Shown here: positions 13,528 through 26,055 of the stretch, piece after piece
Numbering within the stretch: the first letter of the stretch is position 1
Layout of the letters: every line of letters starts with the position of its first letter
Source: Kondoa subrosea
Lineage: Eukaryota
Reading direction: 5' to 3'
DNA: 64,000 nucleotides
NCBI GenBank assembly: GCA_039545335.1
Contig: BCIN01000011.1
Location: 62,001 to 126,000, forward strand
Position numbers and translations under genes: made by a program
The notes under the pieces: generated by a model
What the model was told of the DNA's origin: nothing
Seen by the model: the letters and a program-made list of their open reading frames with translations, nothing else
Database searches by the model: none

Positions 13528-14272
13528 CTACTTATCATAGACGGTCAAGTCTCTTCCAGCTCTCTGACACTCTTCTTCTATCACTTGTTTAGTTTCTTCC
13601 CAAGGCGTAGCGAATCTGCGATATTACATAAGCGAGCTCGATCATGGGGTATCAGCATGAATATAACCTCAGAGCATTTAGCTTGCAAGAGTTAAGCTCT
13701 TTACCAATAGTTTTAGGATCTTCGAGCAATTGACGCATAGCAGATCGTGTCGAGGTCAGTATCTCCGCCGGTGGATCTTTGCGTGCCCCGTAGAAACGAG
13801 AGGTCATGAGACAGGCAATAGTGAAGTCCTTGCTGTTTAGTAACATTGTCAGTGTCTCCTCCCTGAATGTAGAAGGGCTTGAACTTACTCTGGAATCAAA
13901 AAGCAGGTACCAATCTGCTCTACATCAGCTCTAGATCTTAGACTCAAATAATAACTCGCAACGCACAAGATCATCCGGCTTGTTCGCGCTACAATGATTC
14001 TGACACGAAGCTTCAGCTCAACACGCGAAATGACATGCAATACTAACCTGGTATTGCACGAAGGCAGAAGGAAATTTCGACTTGAAGATGGCAGCGATAC
14101 CAGAAGACCAGCTTCCGACGCAATTGCAAGCATGAATCAGCTGTACAGGCAGCATATACATGAGAACAGAACAGAATCGATGAATTCTGGGCTTGTCGCA
14201 ACATACAACTGAGCCTTTGACAGGACCATCAAACAGGTCTCCTTTGATCTGCGTGATTCGAGGCGCTGCCAT
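13528..14272 (-). CDS. POA1: Macro-domain ADP-ribose-1''-phosphate phosphatase, Poa1-like
   Basis: [58 protein letters not shown]. Confidence 0.85.
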
Positions 14273-14434
14273 GTCCGCTCAAAGATCAGAGATGAATCTG
14301 TTGAAGCTTGGTTCAAGAAAACAGCATCATGACAATTCGAGTTTCTTTACATCATAGAGCGACGTTATACGGGTTTCCTTGTTCTCTACTTCATGATGAC
14401 TAGTATACAATTTGATAGTTCGCGCAAGATTTAC

Positions 14435-15111
14435 TCAGAAAACGAATCGCGATTGGTCGAGGGAGGAGAAATTGCACAAACCCGTCTCCGTTCTCCCTTC
14501 CACGGAAAAGGCTCTTCTGATTCTTCCAGCGAATGTCTGCGGAAAAGGTGATGGCTGAGTGTTGGCCGGATATAAAGGGATAGGATTCGCTTGAGAATAG
14601 GAAGGAGGCGGAATCGTTTGCTCATCTGCAAAGACGGACTCATCGGGATGGAGATGTGTAGGTTCTTGATTTGATGTAGGTGAAAAGATGAACTCTGCGG
14701 CATCTTGCGTTTCCTGATCATCCACTTGAGCGACTCGGTATGGGGCGAAGCAAAAAGACGTACGCAGTCTGATAGACACTCCAGAATCAAGTGTAACCAT
14801 CTGATCACCGTCCAAATCCTCTGCTTTGTTGAAGCGTTCTCGCCCAGAGACAGATGAAATAGAAGAACGGCTTGCAAGCGTTTGATGGCGAGATCGGGTT
14901 GTCCGAGTTTCGACAAGTAGGTAACCATTGTGTTATGGAAAGCACGCCGAGAATGACCGAAAGCTCGAAGAAGTTGATAAATGGTTTGGGTTCTGACTTC
15001 CGTTGATAATGGCGAAGCATGAGAATTGGCAAGAGAAGAGATGCATTTCGCTAGACTTGGTTCTTGAATACCGATATCTGAGGGGAATGAGAGTGTTGAC
15101 CAGCGATCCAT
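14435..15111 (-). CDS. Hypothetical protein with PPSY (PY-type) motif
   Basis: MDRWST..LSDC joined by a GTACGT..GATCAG intron to ETQDAAEF..IPPPSY..RFVF*. Start uncertain. Confidence 0.45.
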
Positions 15112-15808
15112 GCCAACTTGACGTGTAGGATGCGCAGTATGGCGAGTTTCAAGTGCATCGAGTGAGGTCTTGTTTCTAAAGCTAAGCAGGCGCATCTTGC
15201 TGACAATGATTGAGCGAAAGATGGAAAGTAGCGGCAATCGAGTATGCCAATATCATTTCCATCTCAGTGGCTGGTGGCTTGGTGGGTAACAGAGGCCTTA
15301 TCACGCGTCCGGTTTCTAGCGAAGCAGTCCGAATTTTAGTTCAATGCTGAGGACATGACGCAGGTGGAGACGAGTAAGAAGAGAAGGGGGAGAGTAAAAG
15401 CACATTGCGGTTCCTTCAGCAGCGAGCAAACCCAATCCGAAAGTCATTTGTTCAGGCGCTGAAAATTTCTTAGATCTTGCTTGAATCTTGCGGCCCTCTG
15501 CCTTTAGAAGAAGAAGCAAGTAGTTGCACCGGAGACATGAGAAGCAGATTCAACAGAGCACAGCATCAGTGAGAAAGCTTGATCGCTGAACCGGATCACA
15601 ACTTCAAAATACGTGCTTGTGCCAATGCAAGCACTGAATAAATGATCGAGATCTCCTGAGATATCACTGGAATTGTATAGCCGGGTACTGCCAGACATAG
15701 GCTGCTGTCTTTTGTAGCGATTGAGTTGATACCGTTCAAGAAGAAGAACCATTTCAAAAGCACTTGAGTCTCGGCGTATCTGCGTTGAGGCGAACCGCAC
15801 TGTTTCTC

Positions 15809-16945
15809 ATGGCTACTGGACGATGTCTTGTCTTCGGAAGCGCGAATATAGACGAGTTCTTCGTGTTTGCTACTTTTGTTTTGACATCCCAGAACTTGCT
15901 GAGCCTGTCTGCAGTGTTCCACATATTTGCAAGTCAGGAGAGACGATTTCTAGCTCTAGCTTTACTCGCAAACCAGGAGGCAAGGGAGCAAATCAAGCTG
16001 TGTCTATAGCGAAAGTAAGATACGTTGGTGCGAGTTACTGAATTTTGGCTTACGATGAACAGGCTGGTTCTAGCGTCGACTTTGCTGGTCATGTTGGGTA
16101 TGATGGTCAAATGCTGTGCGAAACGCTCGAGTCCTTTGGAGTGGGACTGAAGCACCTGAAACAGCTGGATAACGTAAGCAAACGTCCCAGACATAGCTCT
16201 CATGCTCACAATCTCTCAGGTCCCTACCGGACGAGCTATCATACAAATAGATGACTCGACAAAGGACAATTGCATCGTCTTGCTGCCTGGAGCAAATCAT
16301 CATACAACTTCTGCACTGCCAGAAGATCTCTCTGAATACACTATGCTCGTCTTACAAAATGAGATACCTTTGCAGCATACAAAAGAAGCACTACATCGAG
16401 CTAAACAGCAAAAGCTAGTAACAATGTTGAACCCTTCGCCTGTCTTTCATGATTCTTCTTTCCCTTGGCATTTAGTTGATTGGTTTTGCTTGAACGACGA
16501 AGAGCTGAAGGAAGTACTTCTTGGACTTGATCCTTCGAATACGTTGTCAAGTCGAGAAGATCAGATGAAGGCTTTACTTGCGTCTTTCCCGGATATGACA
16601 ATAGTTGTCACACTTGGTCCGAATGGTGTTGCAGTTATGTCCAAGCACTACTCTTTCACTCTGCTAGCTGGTACATTGAAAGGTCCAGTCAGAGACACGG
16701 TTAGCTTTCCTTTTTACTGTAGCTTCAAAGCTAATGAGATGCAGACTGGTGCCGGGGACTGCTGCTCAGGTTATATCGCAGCCCTTGTCGCTCAAGCTGG
16801 TGAAAGTGTTCGAGACATTGAAGTCGCGAAGCAGATCCTTTCGACAGCTCAACAAGCTGCAGCTATGTCAGTACAAGTAGAAGGTGCTATGGAATCAGTC
16901 CCTTCGATGGCAATGGTGCAGTTAGAATTGGGTGTAATCAGCTAA
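15809..16945 (+). CDS. RBK1: Ribokinase (PfkB family)
   Basis: VFGSANID, PGGKGANQA, PTGRAIIQ, LQNEIP, LNPSP, VTLGPNG, DT|TGAGDC. Confidence 0.92.
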
Positions 16946-17529
16946 CATAATGTAGTCCATTGTAACTGCTTGAAGCGCTACATGTTTATATGAAAGGGTA
17001 TGTTCTACGTAGATGTATCGCACATCCGACACCGGTGCACAAAGTGAGCCCTAGATTAACTGGAGAATCCGCGACTAGGTGTAGATTCTAGAATCAAAGA
17101 TAGTCGAGATGAACTTAGTTAGACTTCTCCTTCTATTATCTCCTCCGTCTGAAGAGCAACGAGTCTATGAGCAAACACCAAGCCGTATCTGTGACCCAAG
17201 AAAGAGGCACAATCAGATGTTGCTGATTTGTACTTTCTTGCTCACCTTCTTCTTGCCCGCAAGTTGTCTAAGTGTTTTGTCCCAGTCGAGGTAGCTCAAT
17301 TCTCTTTCTCGATCATTGTATCGCACTCGGCAGCCAATGTTACGGCGCCCAATTCACAATGCTTGAGGTATTGACTTCGATGACATGTTCTTATTGGGCT
17401 AGAGTCTAAGCTGCCAAGTCAAGCTGCAAAAGAGCTTGCCAATAGGAAGTGTAAGCTTAGCCGTGCGAAAAAAAAGCTATTGCGCTCACCTTTCATTCAC
17501 TTCCTCTGCGTTTGGAAATAACAAGATGA

Positions 17530-18255
17530 TCAACCCAACAATCTTTTCTGCGATCTAAGGTTGTTTTCCGCTTGAGCCAACAACACTCGAGCGTAAAAGT
17601 ACTGCATTTTCCTAAGCCAAAGCGGTATCTCTTTCCCGTCCTCTTGTCCAGTGACCCGATTGATACGTTCATAATCATGACCCGTTCCAAATCCAATCCT
17701 ATAACCCTCTTTTACTTCTTCTACTTCAAACGAATGTCTTCCTGATGAGATACAGCGATATGGTAGACCCATGTAAGCGAGGTATTCGACTGATCGCACA
17801 AATATTTCAGGGATAGCCCATTCGACTAGTAGATTCTGATTAGGAGGAGCTGTTTTAGTAGTGAAAGCGCCATTAAGTAAAGATTGACCAGAATGGAAAC
17901 CTTGATGACCTTGATCCCCGGGATTGAAAGTAGCAGAAGTAAGTAGACCAATGAATCTCGCTTCGAGTGAAATGGTAGAACAGGACAAGAAAGTTTTAGC
18001 CCAACATGAATGAATATCGCTTTCCCCTTCAAAAGCTGAGCGGGGTACAATAGTAGACAAATAAGGAGAATCTTGGATTGATGTGTATTGCGAAGGAACG
18101 CGAGGAGATAACAGCTTGGAATCGCTCGAGGGAGGAAAGCTCAAGGGGTATCGTTGCTCCAGTCTGGATGCTTGGTAGTAGCCCAGAGCACCTGTAGTAG
18201 GTATAGCTGCAAGCAGGCCGGTTATCAGAGGCCTTCGATAAACGAATGCCATCAT
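17530..18255 (-). CDS. Hypothetical single-exon protein with N-terminal hydrophobic/targeting segment
   Basis: Uninterrupted 260-codon ORF (first ATG 18312, likely start MMAF at 18255/18252) with protein-like composition. No family assigned with certainty. Confidence 0.6.
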   Translation of the reverse strand: MMAFVYRRPLITGLLAAIPTTGALGYYQASRLEQRYPLSFPPSSDSKLLSPRVPSQYTSIQDSPYLSTIVPRSAFEGESDIHSCWAKTFLSCSTISLEARFIGLLTSATFNPGDQGHQGFHSGQSLLNGAFTTKTAPPNQNLLVEWAIPEIFVRSVEYLAYMGLPYRCISSGRHSFEVEEVKEGYRIGFGTGHDYERINRVTGQEDGKEIPLWLRKMQYFYARVLLAQAENNLRSQKRLLG

Positions 18256-18282
18256 CGTATGAAAGCAACGTCGAAGTTCAGA

Positions 18283-19734
18283 ATGCCATTGAAAGTCAGC
18301 ATATGCCGGCATGGCGAGAGTGTAGATAACGTGCGTCGTAATGCTGGATTATGAATGCAATGGCTGATTGGCTTCGATTAGACAAAGAACTTGTGGGCAG
18401 GTAATAAACATCATCGAAGGAATGGAATGAGAGCTACAGCTCAACCACTACAGGTCACAAGGACTCTCCTCTCACTCGACATGGAATGAATCAAGCCAAA
18501 GCGATAGGCCAGTATTTCAAAGATATCAAGTTCGAACGGATCTACTGTTCTGATCTCAAGCGAGCTGCACGTTTCTTCGCTCTCAAACCCAGTACAGAGC
18601 TTACTTCCAAGATAGCACTGGACCGCTCAGCAGATACATGCTGCGAACAAAGCTTCTGAATCGTTACCGATACCGATTGTATGTCGTCGTAATGATCCTA
18701 TATAACTGTTTAACACTCTTTACAGGTCGATCCTCTGATACGAGAACAGTTCTTCGGGAAAGCAGGTAGGTTCGAATACTAGCCTTCAGCTTCATGTTTG
18801 ATGCTGTGTTTTCGAATTCGAATTCTACAGAGGGATCATCATGGAGTACAGGGGTATGTACTGGCGATTAAGATGCATGGTCTTCTAACAGGCAAGTAGG
18901 CACACGCACATACCGGTTGGCCGCATGTAGGCAATCCTCTTCTATCGTACAAGATCGACTTACGGTCTTTCGCAGGATGACAAGCGACGTTTCCGTTTTG
19001 AAGAAGGAGAAAGTCTAGAGTAAGTCCAATCTACCTTTATTGACATCTTGACTCATTTTGATGCCTAGAGATGTATCGTGTCGAGCTGGAGAATTTGTCA
19101 CGCGAGTCGTAAAACCTTGGCTCATCCTTGTAAGTCCCATTTGATCGCGCTCTCACAGACTGTACTGAATTTATACAGTCCACCTCACCCGAATACTCTT
19201 CTTCTACGCCTCACATCTGTATAGTAGCGCATGGCATAGTCAGCTACTTTCCCTTCCTTTCCCTCTCCAGTCCTGACTGCATTTCATGGCAGACCATCGC
19301 AGAACTAGTCCGCTCTATCCTTCTTCTCAATCCAAATCAAGATCCTTCCTCAACTCGCTTAGGTTCATTAAACAATACCGGTTTTCACACCTTACAACTT
19401 TCTTTACAATCATCATCATCTCCACCTTCTTCTATCTTAGTAGAAGAATGTCGGACCTCTCTTTTCGAATCAGATACACTTTTACCTAAAGCTTTGAGTG
19501 CATTTGATACTTTGGATTTGAATGTCAAAGTTACTGTACTCGCTCAACAAAGGGATGGTCATCTAAGTGGCGTGAAACGACAAAGTGGTGGAATTGGTTC
19601 TAGTGCTTATGATGAGAAACAAAGAGACTTGAAAGTGAGCTCGCGTTTCCATCACTGGCGCGATATCAGCTGAATGGAATTGTTTTCAGAGCTTCTTTGG
19701 AGGCGGAGGCGGGACCAATGCTGCAGGAGTCTGA
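18283..19734 (+). CDS. Histidine phosphatase / phosphoglycerate-mutase family protein, many short exons
   Basis: ICRHGESVDN, WAGHKDSPLTRHGMNQA, CSDLKRA|HWTA, LIREQFFGKAEG, EGESLE, IVAHGI motifs. Confidence 0.9.
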
Positions 19735-20212
19735 GTTGCGTAACGGCGAATGTACGAAGGGCTTCAAGGTCAGAATTCAGCATCTCCATATGCAATTGGG
19801 GTTCGCAATGTACTATTCTTGACATACTAGCTTCCGTCTCAGTCTTTCCAATACATCTATTGTAATACAACTCTTTTCTCTCATAAAGCGGAAGCTAGCT
19901 TTGAATGCAGCGAAGTTGGCAAGGAAGTGTTATCTTCTGCACAGAATTGGTGAAATACGACGGAAGGGGAAGCAACCAGTGCTCTTTCATAACAAATAAG
20001 GATAAAGGAGATACTACTACAGGGAGCTTGAACGATACGCGATGATTTCAAGCGCTTTATGTACTGAATGGATATTCAACCTGGAACCGAATACAACATT
20101 CCCCTTCTGTTTGAGTCAATTTAGTAATGCTGTTGAAGTTGAAAGATACAGAGCACAGTAGTAGTAATAAGATTGCAGAAGGCGTTGAGGTTGCGGGTAG
20201 AAGGTTGATGGT

Positions 20213-21712
20213 TTATGATCGAGATGGTCTGGCTGAAGGTGCTGGAGTAGGTTCAGGTGAGAACATATCGGCCTGAGAGCATTCAAATCAGTATTCGCAA
20301 AGAACATGACGAACAAAGTGCGATTCACCAAATTAGAAAATACATCAGCCATAGCATTCACAACTGGTGCAACGCTGACGGAAGCCGCAGAAGCAGAGGA
20401 CCGACTTTCAGATTTGACAGATTGAACGGAAGCGATTGATTTTGATTCGATTCTTTCTGCTCTGACAGATTGAACAGAAGCTACTGAAGCTTCAGATTGG
20501 GATTCGATCCTTTCCGATCGAGCTGAAGCTGCTGATGCAACTGATTGAGAAGAAATTCGCGCTTGTCTTGCAACGGAAGCTGCTGATTGAGAGGAAGCTG
20601 CATCGGCTGCTGATTGAGAAGAAACGCTGGCCCAGTATTTAGCATTGGCTACAGAAGATTGGGATTGTTGAGCTGCCCAAGCTGCGTCTGCTGATGCTTT
20701 GCTAGCGGCTTGTTCTTTAGCCCAAGCTGCATCATCTGCTGCCTTCTTATCGGCTTGCTGTTTGGCCCAGGCAGCATCATCGGCAGCTTTCTTTGCGGCA
20801 GCAGCTTGATCTGCATCGTCTTGTTGCTGAGAGCCTTGATCATCGCTGCACAAATCATCAGCGTGAATTGGCATAAAAGCTTTCCAGCGCACTTGTTGTT
20901 ATTGTTGTTGGAGTCCAAGTTAACCTTTGGTACAGATACTGGGGAAGGTGCGGGTGCAGGTGCAGGAGAATCATCACCGCCGCAGCCACCGATAGTCCAG
21001 CCTGATGTCAGACTGTAAGCATTCAATAGTCAAAGGGAAGAGAGGACTGAACGCACTCATTTGGAAAACGCCAAGACCTAAACCGCCGAATTCCTCAAAC
21101 AGACTTTGACTCATGTCAAGAGCAGCTCCATCGCTGTACGTTAAGACATTCTTTAGCTCATACAGAGCAAAAAAGCTGTCGGACGCACGAAGGGGAACAT
21201 CCGCCAGAATAAGGGCACAAATCAACAATAGTTGCTTCTTGGCTCTTGCCGCCGTAAGAGATACAGATCTTTGTTCCGCACCAAGGGGAAAGGTTAGGGT
21301 TGCCATTAGGAGCAGGTTTGGTGTCCCAAATGACTGTGTGCAAGTTAATCCTTCAGCGATTTATACCGCTTAAAGTTCACTTGTACCCACCTTGACCGAG
21401 AGCGACAATCTTATCGCTACCGGAGTTGACACCACTTTGAAACGTCTTATAAGTATACTCTGACCGGAAATGGTAAATAGAATGGAATGGCACTGACCCA
21501 CAAGCACCTAGTCCAGCTTGGTACCAAGTTGCTCTACCACCGTAAGCCCTCTTCTCAATAGTAGATCTCTCAACCAATGAAGTAGTGGAATTGGCAGGTG
21601 CGATTCTACGTTCGAAGCGAGCTTGCTGAGGTAAATCAACTACACCGTATTGAGCTGCTGCTAGAGCTGAAGTGGCCAATAAAGGCAGAGTTGCTATGAT
21701 TGTAGTGAGCAT
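20213..21712 (-). CDS. Secreted expansin/RlpA-like DPBB protein with Ala/Ser-rich repetitive tail
   Basis: Signal peptide, KR site, GRATWYQAGLGACG, IVAL, CGTKICISYGGKSQEATIVDLCP, LDMSQSLF. Confidence 0.87.
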
Positions 21713-22107
21713 TGTAGTACTGTATGTTTTTGTAAGTTTGGTTGTGTATATATTTGGGGCCAAAGTTGCGAAAAGGAATGGAATGAAAACGAGTGTGAAG
21801 TGGTTCTAAATGAATGTGGAGGGGAGTCTTGGAAGTCTTGAAGCCTTGAACGAGTTCTGGTCAGTGATGGTTAGAAGCAAGACCCAAATCCGGAAAAAAA
21901 ACATACAACGTCGCGCGTTTTTTCGGTTGAGTGTGTATCTATTTATGAAGGCGCGAATCCTGAGCGTAAGTATGCGATCAAAAGCTCGGTATAGAGCAAA
22001 AAGCAAGGGAGCAAAAGAGAGGAGACGAGCTGAAAAGGAAAAGGAATTGGCACTCCGTGGCACCGAGCGTTTCTATTGAGTACATTTCTAATAAAGTCTA
22101 AATTCTT

Positions 22108-22816
22108 TCAAAGCATCTCAATGGTGGCCGGTGCTGTGGAGAAAGCTCAAATTAGGGTGCACTCTTCGCAAGAAGCAGGAACACTTACGCTTGCTCGAAA
22201 TATCATAGACCACGCGATTGATGCCTGCAACTTCGTTCGTGATTCTTGACGAAATCGTCCGCAGCACAGCAGATGGGAAATCGAACCTATTTATCTGCAT
22301 CAGCTACATCACATTTTGTGCAGTAGTGAACGTACCAATCCGCCGTCATGAAGTCATCCGTCTTGACCGCTCTCAATGCGATAACTTGTTCATAAGTTCT
22401 CTTATCTCCTTGTACACCAACAGCTTTCACAGGGAATAGAGCAGCAAAAGCTTGAGAAATATCATCATACAGACCAGCTGCTCTGATTTCTTCAATAAAG
22501 ATCGCGTCCGCAAATTGTAGGATTTTAACTTGTTCTCTTGTGACTTCTCCTAGTATTCGAATAGCTAGACCTGGTCCAGGGAAAGGATGTCTTCCTACTA
22601 GATGTGATGGAATACCAAGCAATCGTCCAAGTTGTCTTACTTCGTCTGTCAACCATGGATTGATTTAATGAGCTAAACTCAGGAAGGTACAGCCCCTAAC
22701 TGACCTTTAAAGAGCTCCCTTAGCGGTTCAATGAGTTTCAACTTCATATCCTTGAGTAATCCTCCAACATTGTGATGCGTCTTGATAGTAGCTGAGGGTC
22801 CTTTGAAACTAATGCT

Positions 22817-22847
<31 letters not shown>

Positions 22848-24394
22848 AACAAGAACTCAATCTTGCCCCTCTTCTCACCGGACGGATCTTCCTCCAAAGC
22901 TCTTTCCGCTGCTGCTTCTAGTTTAGCTGCTTCTTCTTCAAAGATGTTAATAAAGGTGTTGCCAATAATTTTCCTCTTTTGTTCAGGATCCAAAACTCCT
23001 TCTAACCGTTTGAGGAATAGATCAGAGGCATCTACTACTGTTAAATTGACTCCTAGATCTTTGTTGAGCATTTCATGAACTTGTTTAGCTTCATTCAATC
23101 GGAGTACGCCATTGTCAACCATGATCGCATGGAATCTGTCAGTGACAGATCCCTACTCATTAGCTTAAAACTAAAAGGTTGGACTGTCCGCTGACCGGTC
23201 CCCAATTGCTTCATGCATCAATTTGGCAGCGACAGAAGAATCTACACCTCCACTAACTGCACCAATTACTTGAGCGGTAGGTCCAACTAGTTCTCGGATC
23301 CGCGTTACTTCTTTGCTGATGAAAGCTTCCTGTCATTCGAACCCTTGATCGAATACTCATCACGAATAATCGACAGAGATCGTACTGACCATCTTCCATT
23401 CTCGTTTTATACCGCATATGTTGACAAATCGATCAAAGACTTCTTTCCCTCTCAGACTATGAGTGACTTCAGGATGGAACTGTAGAACAGATGTATTAAA
23501 GGTAAGCTGATATGAGCTTGACCTTGAGACATCTGCCTACCTGTACACCATATATTGGTTTCGACTCGTGCGCTATCGCTGCGAAAGGTGCCGAAGGAGT
23601 AGTAGCGATTATTTGAAATCCATCGGGTAGGGAAAAGAGTCTATCCGAATGCGACATCCAGACCTGTTCGAAAACAATGTTTCCATGCTAAGCTTCTCAA
23701 TAGCTAAGCACGGCGAATACGACGAACCTGCATATCTTCTGTTATGCCCGCAAAGAGTTTATCCAGATGATCATCTTCTTGACCATTTGCTCCGTGCTTC
23801 TTTACTGTAATAGTAGCTGGTCCATATTCCCTATGATCGCAGGATTCGACTTTCGCTCCAAAGTGATTGCCCGTTTCCTGTCGCCAATTCTCAGTCATGC
23901 AAAGCAATTGCACAGATATGAGAGCGTACTTGCAAACCATAACATATGCCTAGTACTGGTACGCCGCAAGTGAAAACATCTGGATCTACTCTTGGTGCAT
24001 CTTTGTCGTAGACTGAATAAGGTGACCCAGACAATACAATGCCTGTCAGTGAAAGGAGATAGGTACAATCAGCCTAAGCTGAATATCACTACACTCTTTC
24101 TCTGACCTTTGGGCTTCCATTTGAGTTCTTTGATTTTCTGCGTGCAAGGCAGCATCTCGCAGTACACCTATAAATCAAAGTCATTGAGCCCAAGCGAAAA
24201 TCGCTAAGGCTCAACACCTGCTCACCTGAAGTTCTCTACATCTCCTTGTAATCAAATGTGACTATTCTCCCGCAATTGCATAAATTCAACTATTTGCTCT
24301 TTACGAAACAACGCGCGCGCACATATTGACTACCAAAATCCAATACTAAAATGGTATCAAACGCTTCGGATATAGCTTCAGTCGGTGTAGACAT
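22108..24394 (-). CDS. GUA1: GMP synthase (glutamine-hydrolysing)
   Basis: [68 protein letters not shown]. Confidence 0.97.
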
Positions 24395-24456
24395 GGTATT
24401 TGTGGTTTCGAAACAAGAGTCATAAAAAAGGCAAGCAGGGCTTTGGCTTCGCTTAC

Positions 24457-25953
24457 TTAATCCATTAATTCAGCTAATTCCCTTTCTTCTTCTTCAGTCA
24501 TCAAATTCTCTTCCTTCTCTTCAACTTTCTCTTCCACCACAACAGGTTTGGACCGAGGTGGATTGAGCATCTCATCCAATTTCCATTTCCTGATCGTCCC
24601 ATCCAAAGATCCACTGACGATCCAAACTTCCACATCCAACCCATTCTCAGCTAATCTTGTCCATGTGCGTAATAATGATACTTCATGATAATGTTCATCT
24701 AACAAACGTAGCAAGCCAGCAGATTGTTCTTCTTTCGTTTTAACGGTTTTCCAAGTTGATGTATCTGGTTTGATACGTAATAGAGGTGAAGATAAGTCAA
24801 AGACTCGTAAACCTTCGTCCGTTGATCCGGTCAGACATAAATCTTGTTCAAGTTCCGGTAAAAGAACAGGTAAGGGTAGAAGAGACTTGACAAAATAAGG
24901 ATGTTCGATACAGAGAAGAGGGATTGGCGGATTACAGAGATTGGAAGGGTCGAGGGAACATTTCAGAACCTTGTGATCGCCCGAAGCTGTAACCCGAACA
25001 TGCTAACGTATAAGCACAACGCTTAAACATCGTATGGACGGCTCACCTGTCCATACTTGTTTATCACCCAGTATGAGATCATACACCGCTGTTTCATGAT
25101 GTCGAAATTCCACATATTTGCTCGTCTTCAATACTCCTTCAGATCGATATATCCTCCATATACATATCCGGCCCATACTATCAGCTGACCATAAGGCTGC
25201 TTCTTTCGTAATTGCATCATATTGATAAGCTAAACATTCCAGAGGCCTCGTATGAGCGCGAAGGGAAGCTAAGAATGGCGGAGAAGGATTAGTGAAAGAG
25301 GATCGATCCCATGTAGATATGTTAGAGAGATCCCAAAGCCGGACGTCTTTATCTGAACCGCCTGAGACTAGGATATTGAGTTCCGCGATATAGAGCAGAC
25401 TCTTGACGAAATCCGTATGCGCTTTTTCAATCGTGCAGATAGGTTTCCTGGTCTGTAAGATCTTCGTTTCACCCTAGCATATATGCAAGAGCGAACGAAG
25501 ACTCACTGTCGTGTTCCAGAAAACTATGGACTGATCCCAACTTCCAGTGACGAGTATCGTTTGATCTCCTTGACCAAGTAGAAGAAGAGAGGTTACAGGA
25601 CCTTTGTGAGCATCCCGGAAGATAGATTTCGTCTTGCCTGACTTGACAGAATCCTCAATTTCAGCAAACTTCCCTTTGGCTTGACAATGAGAAGTCGCGC
25701 ACCAAGAGATCAATCTTTTTCGCTACAAATCCAGATTCAGCAACCCAGAGGTCAATGCCACGTATTAGCATATCCAGAGGCTTGGAAACCAGTTGAATAG
25801 GTTGCCCATTTTGAGGTTTTGATGACTTGACCTTTCTTGCTTCAGCTCTACCATCTTCTCCCTTAGCATTTTGATACCCGATAACAGTGATTGTCCGCAC
25901 CTGAATAGATCCGCTTCAGACTGGAAGAGCAGATCAGTGTCACTCGTTTGCAT
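24457..25953 (-). CDS. WD40-repeat protein
   Basis: HKGPVTSL..LVTGSWDQSIVFW, HTDFVKSL..SGGSDKDVRLWD, IVSGSLDGTIRKW; acidic C-terminus MTEEEERELAELMD. Confidence 0.88.
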
Positions 25954-26055
25954 GGCCAATACTTGTGTCGTCGAATTGGGTCAAAGCCCCTGAACAACAT
26001 TTCAGGCGTGGGATTGCCTCTCGTTGCTCTCTTCTGATCGCTATCTGTCTGACTC

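Noticed and set aside
16980..17500. Possible small spliced gene on the minus strand (..LSYLDWDKTLRQLAGKKK|)
   Set aside because: No ATG-to-stop model with convincing splice sites could be built.
18765..18830. GGTTCGAAT T-loop-like motif
   Set aside because: It lies in a 66-nt intron with no cloverleaf or acceptor stem, so not a tRNA.
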